Part shown: positions 1-7,807 of the stretch, one piece after another
How the letters are laid out: every line of letters begins with the position of its first letter
How positions within the stretch are numbered: the stretch's first letter is position 1
Assembly: GCA_964387585.1 (NCBI GenBank)
Contig: CAYLWW010000056.1
Span: 1-10,436, forward strand
Length of the DNA: 10,436 nucleotides
Direction: 5' to 3'
Origin: an uncultured Candidatus Midichloriaceae bacterium
Lineage (GTDB): Bacteria > Pseudomonadota > Alphaproteobacteria > Rickettsiales > Midichloriaceae
Notes under the pieces: model-generated
The model's input: only the letters and a program-made list of their open reading frames with translations
What the model was told of the DNA's origin: nothing
Databases searched by the model: none
Made by a program: the position numbers and the translations under genes

Positions 1-61
1 TGATGCTGTTTACTTTACATTACAAAAAATCACTAACTATATGTTGTAGACTATACGAATC

Positions 62-107
62 AAAAAAAAATCTACAACAGAGTATTAATTTCAATTGTAG
101 ATTTTTT
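62..107. terminator. Bidirectional intrinsic terminator. A9 tract (62-70), stem atctacaa (70-77), 17-nt loop, stem ttgtagat (95-102), T6 tract (102-107). On the minus strand it reads hairpin + U9 and would end the rpsT transcript; on the plus strand it reads hairpin + U6 and would end whatever gene lies upstream of the window.
   Basis: Read directly: a perfect 8-bp inverted repeat flanked by A9 on one side and T6 on the other. It lies 130 nt downstream of the rpsT stop on the minus strand. Confidence 0.5.
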
Positions 108-152
108 AATTTAAATAAGAATGATAAATCAATATAATATTGACCTTTATAT

Positions 153-171
153 ATCAGAGATGATCTCTGAT
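153..171. repeat. Perfect 19-bp palindrome atcagagat-g-atctctgat (9-bp arms, 1-nt centre) in the rpsT 3' flank.
   Basis: Read directly: the reverse complement of 153-161 equals 163-171. The arms contain G/C, so this is not just AT-rich low-complexity sequence. Confidence 0.45.
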
Positions 172-238
172 AACTATATCCTGAAACTTTTTACTTATAT
201 AATAAAAAAAGTGTGCTATATGATTTATTTATAATACG

Positions 239-529
239 TTACACATTCTTAAAAGAAGTGTAAGAGCTATCAATTGATTTAACTTTTTTAGCAAGATAAC
301 TTACTTTTCGAGAAGCAGTATTAAGTTTAAGAATTCCTTTTCCAACACTTTTCATAATTTCTGACTCTGCTACTCTAAAAGCTTGAATTGCGTTATCAAA
401 ATTACCTAAAGATACTTGAGAATCAACTTTTCTAATAAAAGTCTTAATCCTACTTCTTACTGAAGAGTTTAGCTTAGCCTTAATTGAAGATTTTTTATGC
501 TGTTTAATTGCCGATTTATGATTTGCCAT
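239..529 (-). CDS. rpsT: 30S ribosomal protein S20
   Basis: 96-aa basic protein, MANHKSAIKQHKK...RIKTFIRKV. The N-terminus and length match the S20 family (E. coli S20 begins MANIKSAKKR...MRTFIKKV). An A-rich tract directly precedes the ATG and there is no SD. Confidence 0.9.
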   Translation of the reverse strand: MANHKSAIKQHKKSSIKAKLNSSVRSRIKTFIRKVDSQVSLGNFDNAIQAFRVAESEIMKSVGKGILKLNTASRKVSYLAKKVKSIDSSYTSFKNV

Positions 530-570
530 TTTTTTTTAATTCTAACAATTTTTATTTTATGATTAATTTT

Positions 571-598
571 TTGTTGGCCCTGAGAGCAAAGCCAACAA
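571..598 (-). promoter_or_regulatory. Stem-loop (ttgttggc / 12-nt loop / gccaacaa) in the rpsT 5' leader, equivalently the rpsI 3' flank. There is no U-run after it on the minus strand, so it is not a canonical intrinsic terminator.
   Basis: Read directly: 8-bp perfect inverted repeat with 4 GC pairs, 42-70 nt upstream of the rpsT ATG, followed by an A-rich unstructured tract. Confidence 0.3.
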
Positions 599-632
599 AA
601 TAGATAGACTGTTACTATAAAGACAGTGATTG

Positions 633-638
633 ATTATA
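633..638 (-). promoter_or_regulatory. Candidate -10 hexamer TATAAT for rpsT on the minus strand. No convincing -35 is present.
   Basis: Plus-strand attata at 633-638 gives TATAAT on the minus strand, about 105 nt upstream of the rpsT ATG. Such hexamers occur by chance in AT-rich DNA, so confidence is low. Confidence 0.15.
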
Positions 639-667
639 CTACTAATAATATAATCAAAAAAATCAAA

Positions 668-1093
668 TTATCTCTTAGAAAACTGGAATCTACGACGAGC
701 TTTTTTACGTCCGTACTTCTTACGTTCTACTTCCCTGCTATCACGAGTTAAAAACCCTTGCTGACGCAACAGAGTATGTAGGTCTGCATCAGCTATATTC
801 AAAGCTCTGCTAATACCATGTCTAACAGCTCCAGCTTGCCCAGAAAGTCCACTACCCTTAACTGTACAGAAAACATCATATTTTCCTGAAGTATTAGTAG
901 CAACAAAAGGCTGATTAACAACCATGCGCAAAGTGGGCCTAGCAAAATAAGTAGTTATGTCTCTATCGTTTACTAATATCTTGCCACTGCCCTTTGATAT
1001 CCACACTCTGGCCGAAGCTTCTTTCCTACGGCCAGTGCCATAATATTTTGCTTCGTTATGATTTTTTTTTGCTTTTACTATGGTAATAGTCAT
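668..1093 (-). CDS. rpsI: 30S ribosomal protein S9
   Basis: 141 aa. Contains [16 protein letters not shown] ... [14 protein letters not shown] ... [26 protein letters not shown], the S9 signature and the C-terminal RRxQFSKR tail. Has an ~11-aa N-terminal extension relative to E. coli S9, and that extension includes an A9 homopolymer. Confidence 0.93.
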   Translation of the reverse strand: MTITIVKAKKNHNEAKYYGTGRRKEASARVWISKGSGKILVNDRDITTYFARPTLRMVVNQPFVATNTSGKYDVFCTVKGSGLSGQAGAVRHGISRALNIADADLHTLLRQQGFLTRDSREVERKKYGRKKARRRFQFSKR

Positions 1094-1209
1094 TGATAAT
1101 TCTTATTTATTATTCCTGTTTAAATTTTTTTTAAGCTCTATTTATAACTTATATCATATCTAAAGTTTTCTGGATATGAATGATAAGCAAAAATTCTTAA
1201 GTTATTCTT

Positions 1210-1704
1210 TTAAGAATTGTGTAGAACTTTATTCTCTTCATGTAACTTTGGTAAACAAATTTGTAACACTTCAGGCTGCTGTCCTTGATGCGGATGGACT
1301 TCACCAGCATAAACATGCAGCCCTTTCATCTGAAGACGAGCTAAAGGACTTTCCTTCGGCATCATCCTTTCTATTGCTTTTATTATTAGCCTTTCAGGAA
1401 AACGACCGCCTAATATATCTTTCCATTTTCTTTCCTTTATTCCTCCTGGATAACCAGTATGCCAGTAGAATACTTCTTGCTCTAATTTTTTTCCTGTAGT
1501 TTTAATTTTTTCAGCATTAATTATTACTATATTATCTCCACAATTTATATATGGAGTATAGTAAGCTTTATGCTTACCACGAAGCAAAATAGCCACCCTT
1601 GACGCTAAACGCCCTAAGGTTAAGTCTTTTGCGTCTATTAGCCACCACTTCTTTTTAACGGTTGATGGAGTAGCTAAAAAAGTACCTGCTGTATAAGATG
1701 CCAT
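1210..1704 (-). CDS. rplM: 50S ribosomal protein L13
   Basis: 164 aa. WWLIDAKDLTLGRLASRVAILLRGKHKAYYTP...GDNIVIINAEKI...YWHTGYPGG aligns with E. coli L13 ([32 protein letters not shown]...). It is followed by rpsI, as in the conserved rplM-rpsI operon. The C-terminus is extended ~17 aa beyond the E. coli end (QQPQVLDI). Confidence 0.93.
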   Translation of the reverse strand: MASYTAGTFLATPSTVKKKWWLIDAKDLTLGRLASRVAILLRGKHKAYYTPYINCGDNIVIINAEKIKTTGKKLEQEVFYWHTGYPGGIKERKWKDILGGRFPERLIIKAIERMMPKESPLARLQMKGLHVYAGEVHPHQGQQPEVLQICLPKLHEENKVLHNS

Positions 1705-1742
1705 TACACTATCATTCTTTAGTATTTTTTATTAATCTGCTA

Positions 1743-1771
1743 ATTATCACTAGGTCAGCATAGCTTGTCAA
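1743..1771 (-). promoter_or_regulatory. Sigma70-type promoter for rplM-rpsI on the minus strand. -35 TTGACA (1771-1766), 17-nt spacer, -10 GATAAT (1748-1743). The -35 lies inside the 13-bp palindrome agcttg-t-caagct (1762-1774).
   Basis: Read directly. Perfect consensus -35, a 5/6 -10, and optimal 17-nt spacing. The predicted TSS is ~1736, giving a ~32-nt leader to the rplM ATG at 1704. The GC-containing TTGACA is unlikely to arise by chance in ~30% GC DNA. Confidence 0.45.
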
Positions 1772-1805
1772 GCTCATTTATAAAAAAGATAAAAATTTAC
1801 TTAAT

Positions 1806-3248
1806 CTACAATGAATAAATAATAGCAAAAAACGTATTTAATAAAGCTCCAGCACCTAAAATTAGACGCAAAATTACTGAAGTTTTTATATGCTCCGCAT
1901 TAATTATTGTTTGCTGATTAGTAAAATACATTGCTTTTATAATACGTAAATAATAGTAACTACTAATTACAGTTATAATAACCCCTAAGATAGCTAAATA
2001 ATAAAATCCACTTTCTATAGCAATATATAATATACGCAACTTAGCAAAAAAACCTGCGAAAGGAGGAATACCAGCCATAGATAACATTAATATGGAAATA
2101 GATAAAGCTAAAATAGGATTTCTTTTAGCAATGCCAGTTAAATCTTCTAAAGATATATTTTCTTTTTGACTTTCTAAAATTAGCAAAGATGCAAACATAG
2201 GTAATGTCATCATTACGTAAATAGTTATGTAATTTAACATTGATAGAGTTGAGTAATACAATTCTTTTGTCACAACAGCTAAAAGGATGAAACCAATATG
2301 ATTAATAGCACTATAAGCTAAAAGCCTTTTTATATCACTTTGTGCTATAGCAGCTAAACTACCTACTATCATAGATAGTGCTGATATCACTATGATTATT
2401 TGGTAGGTTTGAGGTATCATCACATAAAACACCTCATAAAATAACTTAATAAATATACCTAATCCAGCTATTTTACTTATGGTAGCTATAATCGAAGTTA
2501 TAATAGTATGGGAACCTTGATATACATCTGGAGCCCAAGCATGAAAAGGTACAGCAGCTAATTTAAAACAAGATGATAATAAAATAATGATTACCATTAA
2601 CCCAGGTAATATGGTAGAAAAACCATTGTTATTATTGCTAATATCAGTAAGATATTGTGCTATCCCTATAAAACTTATATTCCCAGAAAAAACATATAAT
2701 AAAGAAGAACCAAATAGATAAATACAAGATGCTATAGTGCCTAAAATAAAATACTTTAATGCTGCTTCAGAAGAAATTTCATTCCTATAATCCATGGCAA
2801 CACAAACGTAAATTGCTAGAGCACTCAATTCAATAGCCAAATACATAGTTAATAAGTCATTACTTATTAATACTAAAGACATTCCAGCTAAAGCAAATAA
2901 AACAATAGATATGATTTCATACTTCAAAAATGACTTTGGCTTATTTATAGTAGCAAACATCAAAACACATATACTACCAACACTTAATAATAGTATACGT
3001 AAATAAGAAGAAATATCACTAAAACTAATAGCCCCACTCCAGTAAGTTAAGTATTTAGGAGTAAACCGATCTATAAAAGAAATAGAAAATATTACTGAAA
3101 TAATTAATATGAAAGCAAAATAAGCAAAGTAACTAGTTTTTACTCTGTTTTCAGCTAGCATTCCTATAATTAAAATAAGAATACCACCAATAACTAAGCA
3201 TAACTCAGGGAATAATGCAACTAGCCCATCAATGATTTCGTTATTCAT
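1806..3248 (-). CDS. nuoN: NADH-quinone oxidoreductase subunit N (ND2 homolog)
   Basis: 480-aa polytopic membrane protein carrying the PFHAWAPDVYQGS motif that is diagnostic of NuoN/ND2. It is the last gene of the J-K-L-M-N order. An AGGAG SD lies 11 nt upstream of the ATG (plus 3262-3266 ctcct). Confidence 0.93.
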   Translation of the reverse strand: MNNEIIDGLVALFPELCLVIGGILILIIGMLAENRVKTSYFAYFAFILIISVIFSISFIDRFTPKYLTYWSGAISFSDISSYLRILLLSVGSICVLMFATINKPKSFLKYEIISIVLFALAGMSLVLISNDLLTMYLAIELSALAIYVCVAMDYRNEISSEAALKYFILGTIASCIYLFGSSLLYVFSGNISFIGIAQYLTDISNNNNGFSTILPGLMVIIILLSSCFKLAAVPFHAWAPDVYQGSHTIITSIIATISKIAGLGIFIKLFYEVFYVMIPQTYQIIIVISALSMIVGSLAAIAQSDIKRLLAYSAINHIGFILLAVVTKELYYSTLSMLNYITIYVMMTLPMFASLLILESQKENISLEDLTGIAKRNPILALSISILMLSMAGIPPFAGFFAKLRILYIAIESGFYYLAILGVIITVISSYYYLRIIKAMYFTNQQTIINAEHIKTSVILRLILGAGALLNTFFAIIYSL

Positions 3249-3329
3249 ATAATACTATTCTCCTAGGTAATTTTCTTTTGAATTAATAAAATTTTGATAA
3301 TACAATTACTTATTAATAATTGTAGATAT

Positions 3330-4811
3330 CTATAAGGTTAAGTTCGTTAATAGGAGCTTTACTGCAACTTTAGTATAATTAGTGATAATACTTGGATATA
3401 AACCAAATAATAACACTAAAAATCCTAGAGAAATAAATGCTAAACGCTCAACCAAAACTAAATCGTTAATATTAGCTAAGTTAGGGCTCAATTTATTAAA
3501 CATAATCCTAGCGTATAACCATAACATATAAGCAGCACCTAGTACCATGCCTAAAGCAGCAGCAATGCCGTAAAATAGTTCTACTTCAAAAAGCGACATT
3601 AATATTACAAATTCGCCAACAAAACCTGAAGTTCCAGGTAAAGCCACAGAGCCTAATGTAAATACCATTAACCAAAAAGCAAAAACTGGCATCTTCTCAG
3701 TTAAGCCACTGTAAAATGATATTTCTTTGGTATGCATACGATTATACAAGACTCCAACACCTATAAATAAAGCTGAAGAAATCAAACCATGGCTAATCAT
3801 TTGTATAATAGCTCCCTCGATACCATTATTACTTAAAGTAAAAATACCAGCAGTAACATACCCCATATGAGCAACTGATGAATAAGCTATCATTTTTTTC
3901 ATATCACTTTGCATTAAAGCGACTAAGGAAGCATATAATATAGCTATGATGCTTAAAATTATCACAAAAGATGAATAATACCTAGAAACTTCAGGAAAAA
4001 TAGGTAGTAGTACTCTTATAAACCCATAACCACCTATCTTTAGTAAAATACCAGCTAAAATTACCGAACCAGCAGTAGGAGCTTGAACGTGAGCATCTGG
4101 TAACCAAGTATGAAATGGAAACATCGGTATTTTAACAGCAAACGCTAAAAAGAAACCAAACCAAAGAAGATGATCTGTTATGGATAAATTTGGTAAATAC
4201 GAACTCTTAATTTGAGATAACTCTACTATATCAGCAGTGTTAGTAGCTAGTATTATAAACAATATAGCTAGTAACATAAATACAGAACCAAATAAAGTAT
4301 ATATGAAGAACTTTAATGAAGCATATACTCTATTTTCACCACCCCAAATACCTATTATAAAAAACATAGGTATCAAAACAGCTTCAAAAAATATGTAAAA
4401 TATAACTAAATCTAATATACAAAATACTCCAACAACTAACCCTTCTAATAACAAAAATAAGCTGTAATACAAAACCTTTTGTTCTTTTATAGAATCCCAA
4501 CTGATAGCTATACATATAGGAATCAATATAGTAGTAAGTAAAACAAAAAATATTGATAATCCATCTACCCCTACTTTATATCCAATAGAGAGGAATTGAC
4601 CTAATTTATATGATTCAACAAATTGCATATTCGCAATACTCGAATCAAATTGATACCATAAGGAAAAAGCTATAGCTAATTCTATAATCGAAAATGCCAT
4701 AGCTAAGTAAGGTATAATACAACCTAACCTCAAAGATTTAGGCAAAGCAGCAATTAAAAAACAAAATAATGCTGCTACTAAAGGGAAAAATATTAAAGTG
4801 CTTAATAACAT
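3330..4811 (-). CDS. nuoM: NADH-quinone oxidoreductase subunit M (ND4 homolog)
   Basis: 493-aa membrane protein carrying the HTWLPDAHVQAPTAGSVILAGILLK motif (NuoM/ND4 family). Its position between nuoL and nuoN fits. Confidence 0.93.
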   Translation of the reverse strand: MLLSTLIFFPLVAALFCFLIAALPKSLRLGCIIPYLAMAFSIIELAIAFSLWYQFDSSIANMQFVESYKLGQFLSIGYKVGVDGLSIFFVLLTTILIPICIAISWDSIKEQKVLYYSLFLLLEGLVVGVFCILDLVIFYIFFEAVLIPMFFIIGIWGGENRVYASLKFFIYTLFGSVFMLLAILFIILATNTADIVELSQIKSSYLPNLSITDHLLWFGFFLAFAVKIPMFPFHTWLPDAHVQAPTAGSVILAGILLKIGGYGFIRVLLPIFPEVSRYYSSFVIILSIIAILYASLVALMQSDMKKMIAYSSVAHMGYVTAGIFTLSNNGIEGAIIQMISHGLISSALFIGVGVLYNRMHTKEISFYSGLTEKMPVFAFWLMVFTLGSVALPGTSGFVGEFVILMSLFEVELFYGIAAALGMVLGAAYMLWLYARIMFNKLSPNLANINDLVLVERLAFISLGFLVLLFGLYPSIITNYTKVAVKLLLTNLTL

Positions 4812-4857
4812 ACTAATATTAGCTCATTTTTATTTTTTATCAGGAGAGCCATAACTC

Positions 4858-6807
4858 TTATACAATATAGAACATACATAACATTACTATAACACCTAAC
4901 ACCATAGCTAAAGCGTAATGATAAACATATCCTGTATGCAAACAACTAGCAAAATTAGAAACTCGTTTAGTTATTAACGCTAATCCATTAGGAATACCAT
5001 CAATAAAATTTTTATCCATTTTAATAGATAAAAATTTACTTAAGGATTTAGTAAGATTGACTAAACAACCATATAACTCATCAAAATAAAATTTCTTTAT
5101 TAAAACATTACGTAGTCTATAAATTGTAATAGTAATCTTCTTAACCCAATTTTCTCTATACATAAATAATAAGTATGCTAGAAAGATACCTAAACCTCCA
5201 GCTATACTTGGCATTATAGCAATTATATTAGGAACATTATGAGCATCATTAATCGCATTATGATCTGCTAATACAAAGATAGAACTTCGCCAAAAATCTA
5301 CCCCTTCCAACATTCCAATTCTTTCTCCAAAAATACCAGAAAATATAGCACCTATTGATAAGATGATTAATGGTATTTTCATTGATAATGGAGCTTCATG
5401 TATATGAGAAATAGTATGACGATCTAATCTCGTCTTTCCATTAAAAGCCATAATAATCAATTTCCAAGAATAAAATGCTGTCATTGATGCAACTAATACG
5501 CCTACGACATAAGCGATAATCCCTAGATTATTACCAGCAGCAAAAGCAGATTCTAAAATAATATCTTTAGAGAAAAATCCAGCAAATGGAAATACACCCG
5601 CTAACGCTAAAGATCCTATCAACATTACAGAATAAGTAAATGGAATTTTTCTATAAATGCCGCCCATTTTTTTTAAATCTTGCTCTCCATTTAAAGCATG
5701 TATTACACTACCCGCTCCTAAAAAAAGCAATGCTTTGAAAAAAGCATGGGTAAATAAATGAAAAATCGCAGCAGCGTAAGCTGAAACTCCGCAAGCAAAG
5801 AACATATAGCCTAGTTGGCTACAAGTCGAATACGCTATGACTTTTTTAATATCATCTTGAACTAATGCGACACTAGCACCAAATAAACAAGTCAAAGCTC
5901 CTATCACTACCATAACATCTAAAACCGGCTTAGCATGCTCAAACAATGGCGAACAACGAGCCACTAAAAATACCCCAGCAGTAACCATAGTGGCCGCATG
6001 AATTAAAGCCGAAACAGGAGTTGGCCCCTCCATAGCATCAGGTAACCATACATGCAGACCTAATTGAGCTGACTTTCCCATACAACCTATAAACAAAAAC
6101 GAGCAAATCCATACAATAGCTGAATATTCATGCCCTAATATATTAAATTTATCATTTAAATGTAGAGGAGTTTTATCGAATACTTCTAAAAATCCAACGC
6201 TATTAAAAACAATAGCTATCGAAAATATAGCTATTGCCAAGCCTATATCACCAACACGATTTACTAAAAATGCCTTAATTGCAGCTGCATTAGCAGAAGG
6301 CCGTTCAAACCAAAATCCGATTAAAAGATAAGAACTCAAACCTACACCTTCCCAACCAAAAAATAACTGTATAAAGTTATCAGAAATTATTAACGTTAGC
6401 ATGAAAAATGTGAATAATGATAAATAACTCATAAATCTCTGCACACTCTTATCCTCCGACATATAGCCAATAGAAAAAATGTGCACTAAAGCCGAAACAT
6501 TAAGAACTACAACTAGCATTATTGCTGATAATACATCAACATATATCCCGAATTTAGCAGATAAATCCTGAAAATTAAACCATTGCCAAAGCTCTAAATG
6601 AATAACTTGGTTATTACCATTTATAACCAAATCAATGAATATATAATTAGCAAATATAGCTGCTAAACCAACACAACCACAACTAATCAAATATGCTAAT
6701 ATTCTTGGCATGCGAAGAAATGAACCTATTATTATCGATGATAATAACGGTAACGCAATAGTCAGCAAAACTAAAAATTGTATGGAAAATAGAGTTTCTC
6801 CTAGCAT
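4858..6807 (-). CDS. nuoL: NADH-quinone oxidoreductase subunit L (ND5 homolog)
   Basis: 649 aa, carrying HVWLPDAMEGPTPVSALIHAATMVTAGVFL (NuoL/ND5 motif) and a long C-terminal helical region. An AGGAA SD lies 8 nt upstream of the ATG. Confidence 0.93.
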   Translation of the reverse strand: MLGETLFSIQFLVLLTIALPLLSSIIIGSFLRMPRILAYLISCGCVGLAAIFANYIFIDLVINGNNQVIHLELWQWFNFQDLSAKFGIYVDVLSAIMLVVVLNVSALVHIFSIGYMSEDKSVQRFMSYLSLFTFFMLTLIISDNFIQLFFGWEGVGLSSYLLIGFWFERPSANAAAIKAFLVNRVGDIGLAIAIFSIAIVFNSVGFLEVFDKTPLHLNDKFNILGHEYSAIVWICSFLFIGCMGKSAQLGLHVWLPDAMEGPTPVSALIHAATMVTAGVFLVARCSPLFEHAKPVLDVMVVIGALTCLFGASVALVQDDIKKVIAYSTCSQLGYMFFACGVSAYAAAIFHLFTHAFFKALLFLGAGSVIHALNGEQDLKKMGGIYRKIPFTYSVMLIGSLALAGVFPFAGFFSKDIILESAFAAGNNLGIIAYVVGVLVASMTAFYSWKLIIMAFNGKTRLDRHTISHIHEAPLSMKIPLIILSIGAIFSGIFGERIGMLEGVDFWRSSIFVLADHNAINDAHNVPNIIAIMPSIAGGLGIFLAYLLFMYRENWVKKITITIYRLRNVLIKKFYFDELYGCLVNLTKSLSKFLSIKMDKNFIDGIPNGLALITKRVSNFASCLHTGYVYHYALAMVLGVIVMLCMFYIV

Positions 6808-6836
6808 ATAATATTTCCTATAGTTAATACCAATAA

Positions 6837-7178
6837 TTACCCGCGCAACTTATTCAATTTTGCCACATCTATGTTAGATCGATTACGAAAATAAACTATT
6901 AAAATAGCTAAACCTATTGCTGCTTCAGCAGCAGCAACAGTTAAAATAAAAATTACAAAAATTTGCCCAGTAATATTATTCAAAAATACAGAAGAAGCCA
7001 CTAAATTTATGCTAATAGAAAGCAACATCAACTCTATTGACAGCATAATATTGATTATATTATTTCTATTAATCAATATACCCGATATACCTATTATAAA
7101 TAATAAGGTAGATAGAATTATATAATGAATAATACCTATCGGTGAATCCAATAAAAGTCCGGCAAACTCATTTATCAT
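6837..7178 (-). CDS. nuoK: NADH-quinone oxidoreductase subunit K (ND4L homolog)
   Basis: 113-aa protein with 3 TM helices, carrying LTVAAAEAAIGLAILIVYFR (conserved NuoK C-terminal helix, compare E. coli LAAAEASIGLALLL). Its ATG overlaps the nuoJ stop as ATGA. An AGGAG SD 10 nt upstream supports this start, even though it adds ~11 aa relative to E. coli NuoK. Confidence 0.9.
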   Translation of the reverse strand: MINEFAGLLLDSPIGIIHYIILSTLLFIIGISGILINRNNIINIMLSIELMLLSISINLVASSVFLNNITGQIFVIFILTVAAAEAAIGLAILIVYFRNRSNIDVAKLNKLRG

Positions 7179-7807
7179 GGCAACTTAACTCCTGCTTTGG
7201 ATTTTACATCAACAATAGATAAAGCCTGCTTTGGATCTCTAGATAATTGAGCTTTAACATCTTGTCTTTTCACTACTTTTTTTCTACCACTAATAGATAA
7301 AACTATAGCACCTATCATAGCCACTAGTAACACTATACCAGCTACCTGCAACTGCAATATATAGTTAGTAAATAACTCATGACCTATAGCTTCAGTATTA
7401 GTTAATTCAGAAGCTTCAACTTTTTGTTTAGCAGATATTTGAGATTTAGAATAGTTTAGAGTATTATTGAGGTCTTGATAAGATATTTTTGAGTATAAAA
7501 AACTAAAGCTTATTGTTAACAACAATACAATCCAAGCAAATCTTTTAAATGTAGGTTTTACTGTATCAGTCACCTTAATATCCAACATCATCACAACAAA
7601 AAGAAATAATACGGCTATCGCACCTACATACACTATAACCAATGTCATTGCTATATATTCCGCACCTATAAGAAGTAACAGTACTGCAGAATTAAGAAAA
7701 GCCCAAATCAAATACAAAACAGAGTATACTGAATTAGAAGATGTTATAAGCCTAAGAGCTGCTATAATTAGCAAAAAACTGAAAATATAGAATATTAAAC
7801 TTGCCAT
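7175..7807 (-). CDS. nuoJ: NADH-quinone oxidoreductase subunit J (ND6 homolog)
   Basis: 210-aa membrane protein immediately upstream of, and translationally coupled to, nuoK. Has the NuoJ-like N-terminal TM bundle and a Lys-rich C-terminal tail. No SD is visible, and the promoter region lies within 7808-7975. Confidence 0.88.
   Translation of the reverse strand: MASLIFYIFSFLLIIAALRLITSSNSVYSVLYLIWAFLNSAVLLLLIGAEYIAMTLVIVYVGAIAVLFLFVVMMLDIKVTDTVKPTFKRFAWIVLLLTISFSFLYSKISYQDLNNTLNYSKSQISAKQKVEASELTNTEAIGHELFTNYILQLQVAGIVLLVAMIGAIVLSISGRKKVVKRQDVKAQLSRDPKQALSIVDVKSKAGVKLP

Noticed and set aside
121-234. 37-codon plus-strand ORF (MINQYNIDLYISEMISDNYILKLFTYIIKKVCYMIYL) spanning the 19-bp palindrome
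   Set aside because: No SD. The composition mirrors AT-rich non-coding DNA. It lies in the rpsT 3' flank, between the rpsT stop and the terminator. Nothing distinguishes it from chance.
1176-1499. 107-aa plus-strand ORF from the six-frame track
   Set aside because: It lies entirely antisense to the well-supported rplM CDS. It has low-complexity, Leu/Phe-rich composition and no RBS. It is the typical shadow ORF of an AT-rich coding region.
7184-7193. Identical 10-mer aggagttaag upstream of nuoK (minus strand) and again at 10404-10413 upstream of the terminal ATG
   Set aside because: Both are SD plus spacer contexts at near-identical distance from an ATG. A shared SD context is the simplest explanation. 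A 10-mer match does not establish a repeat family.
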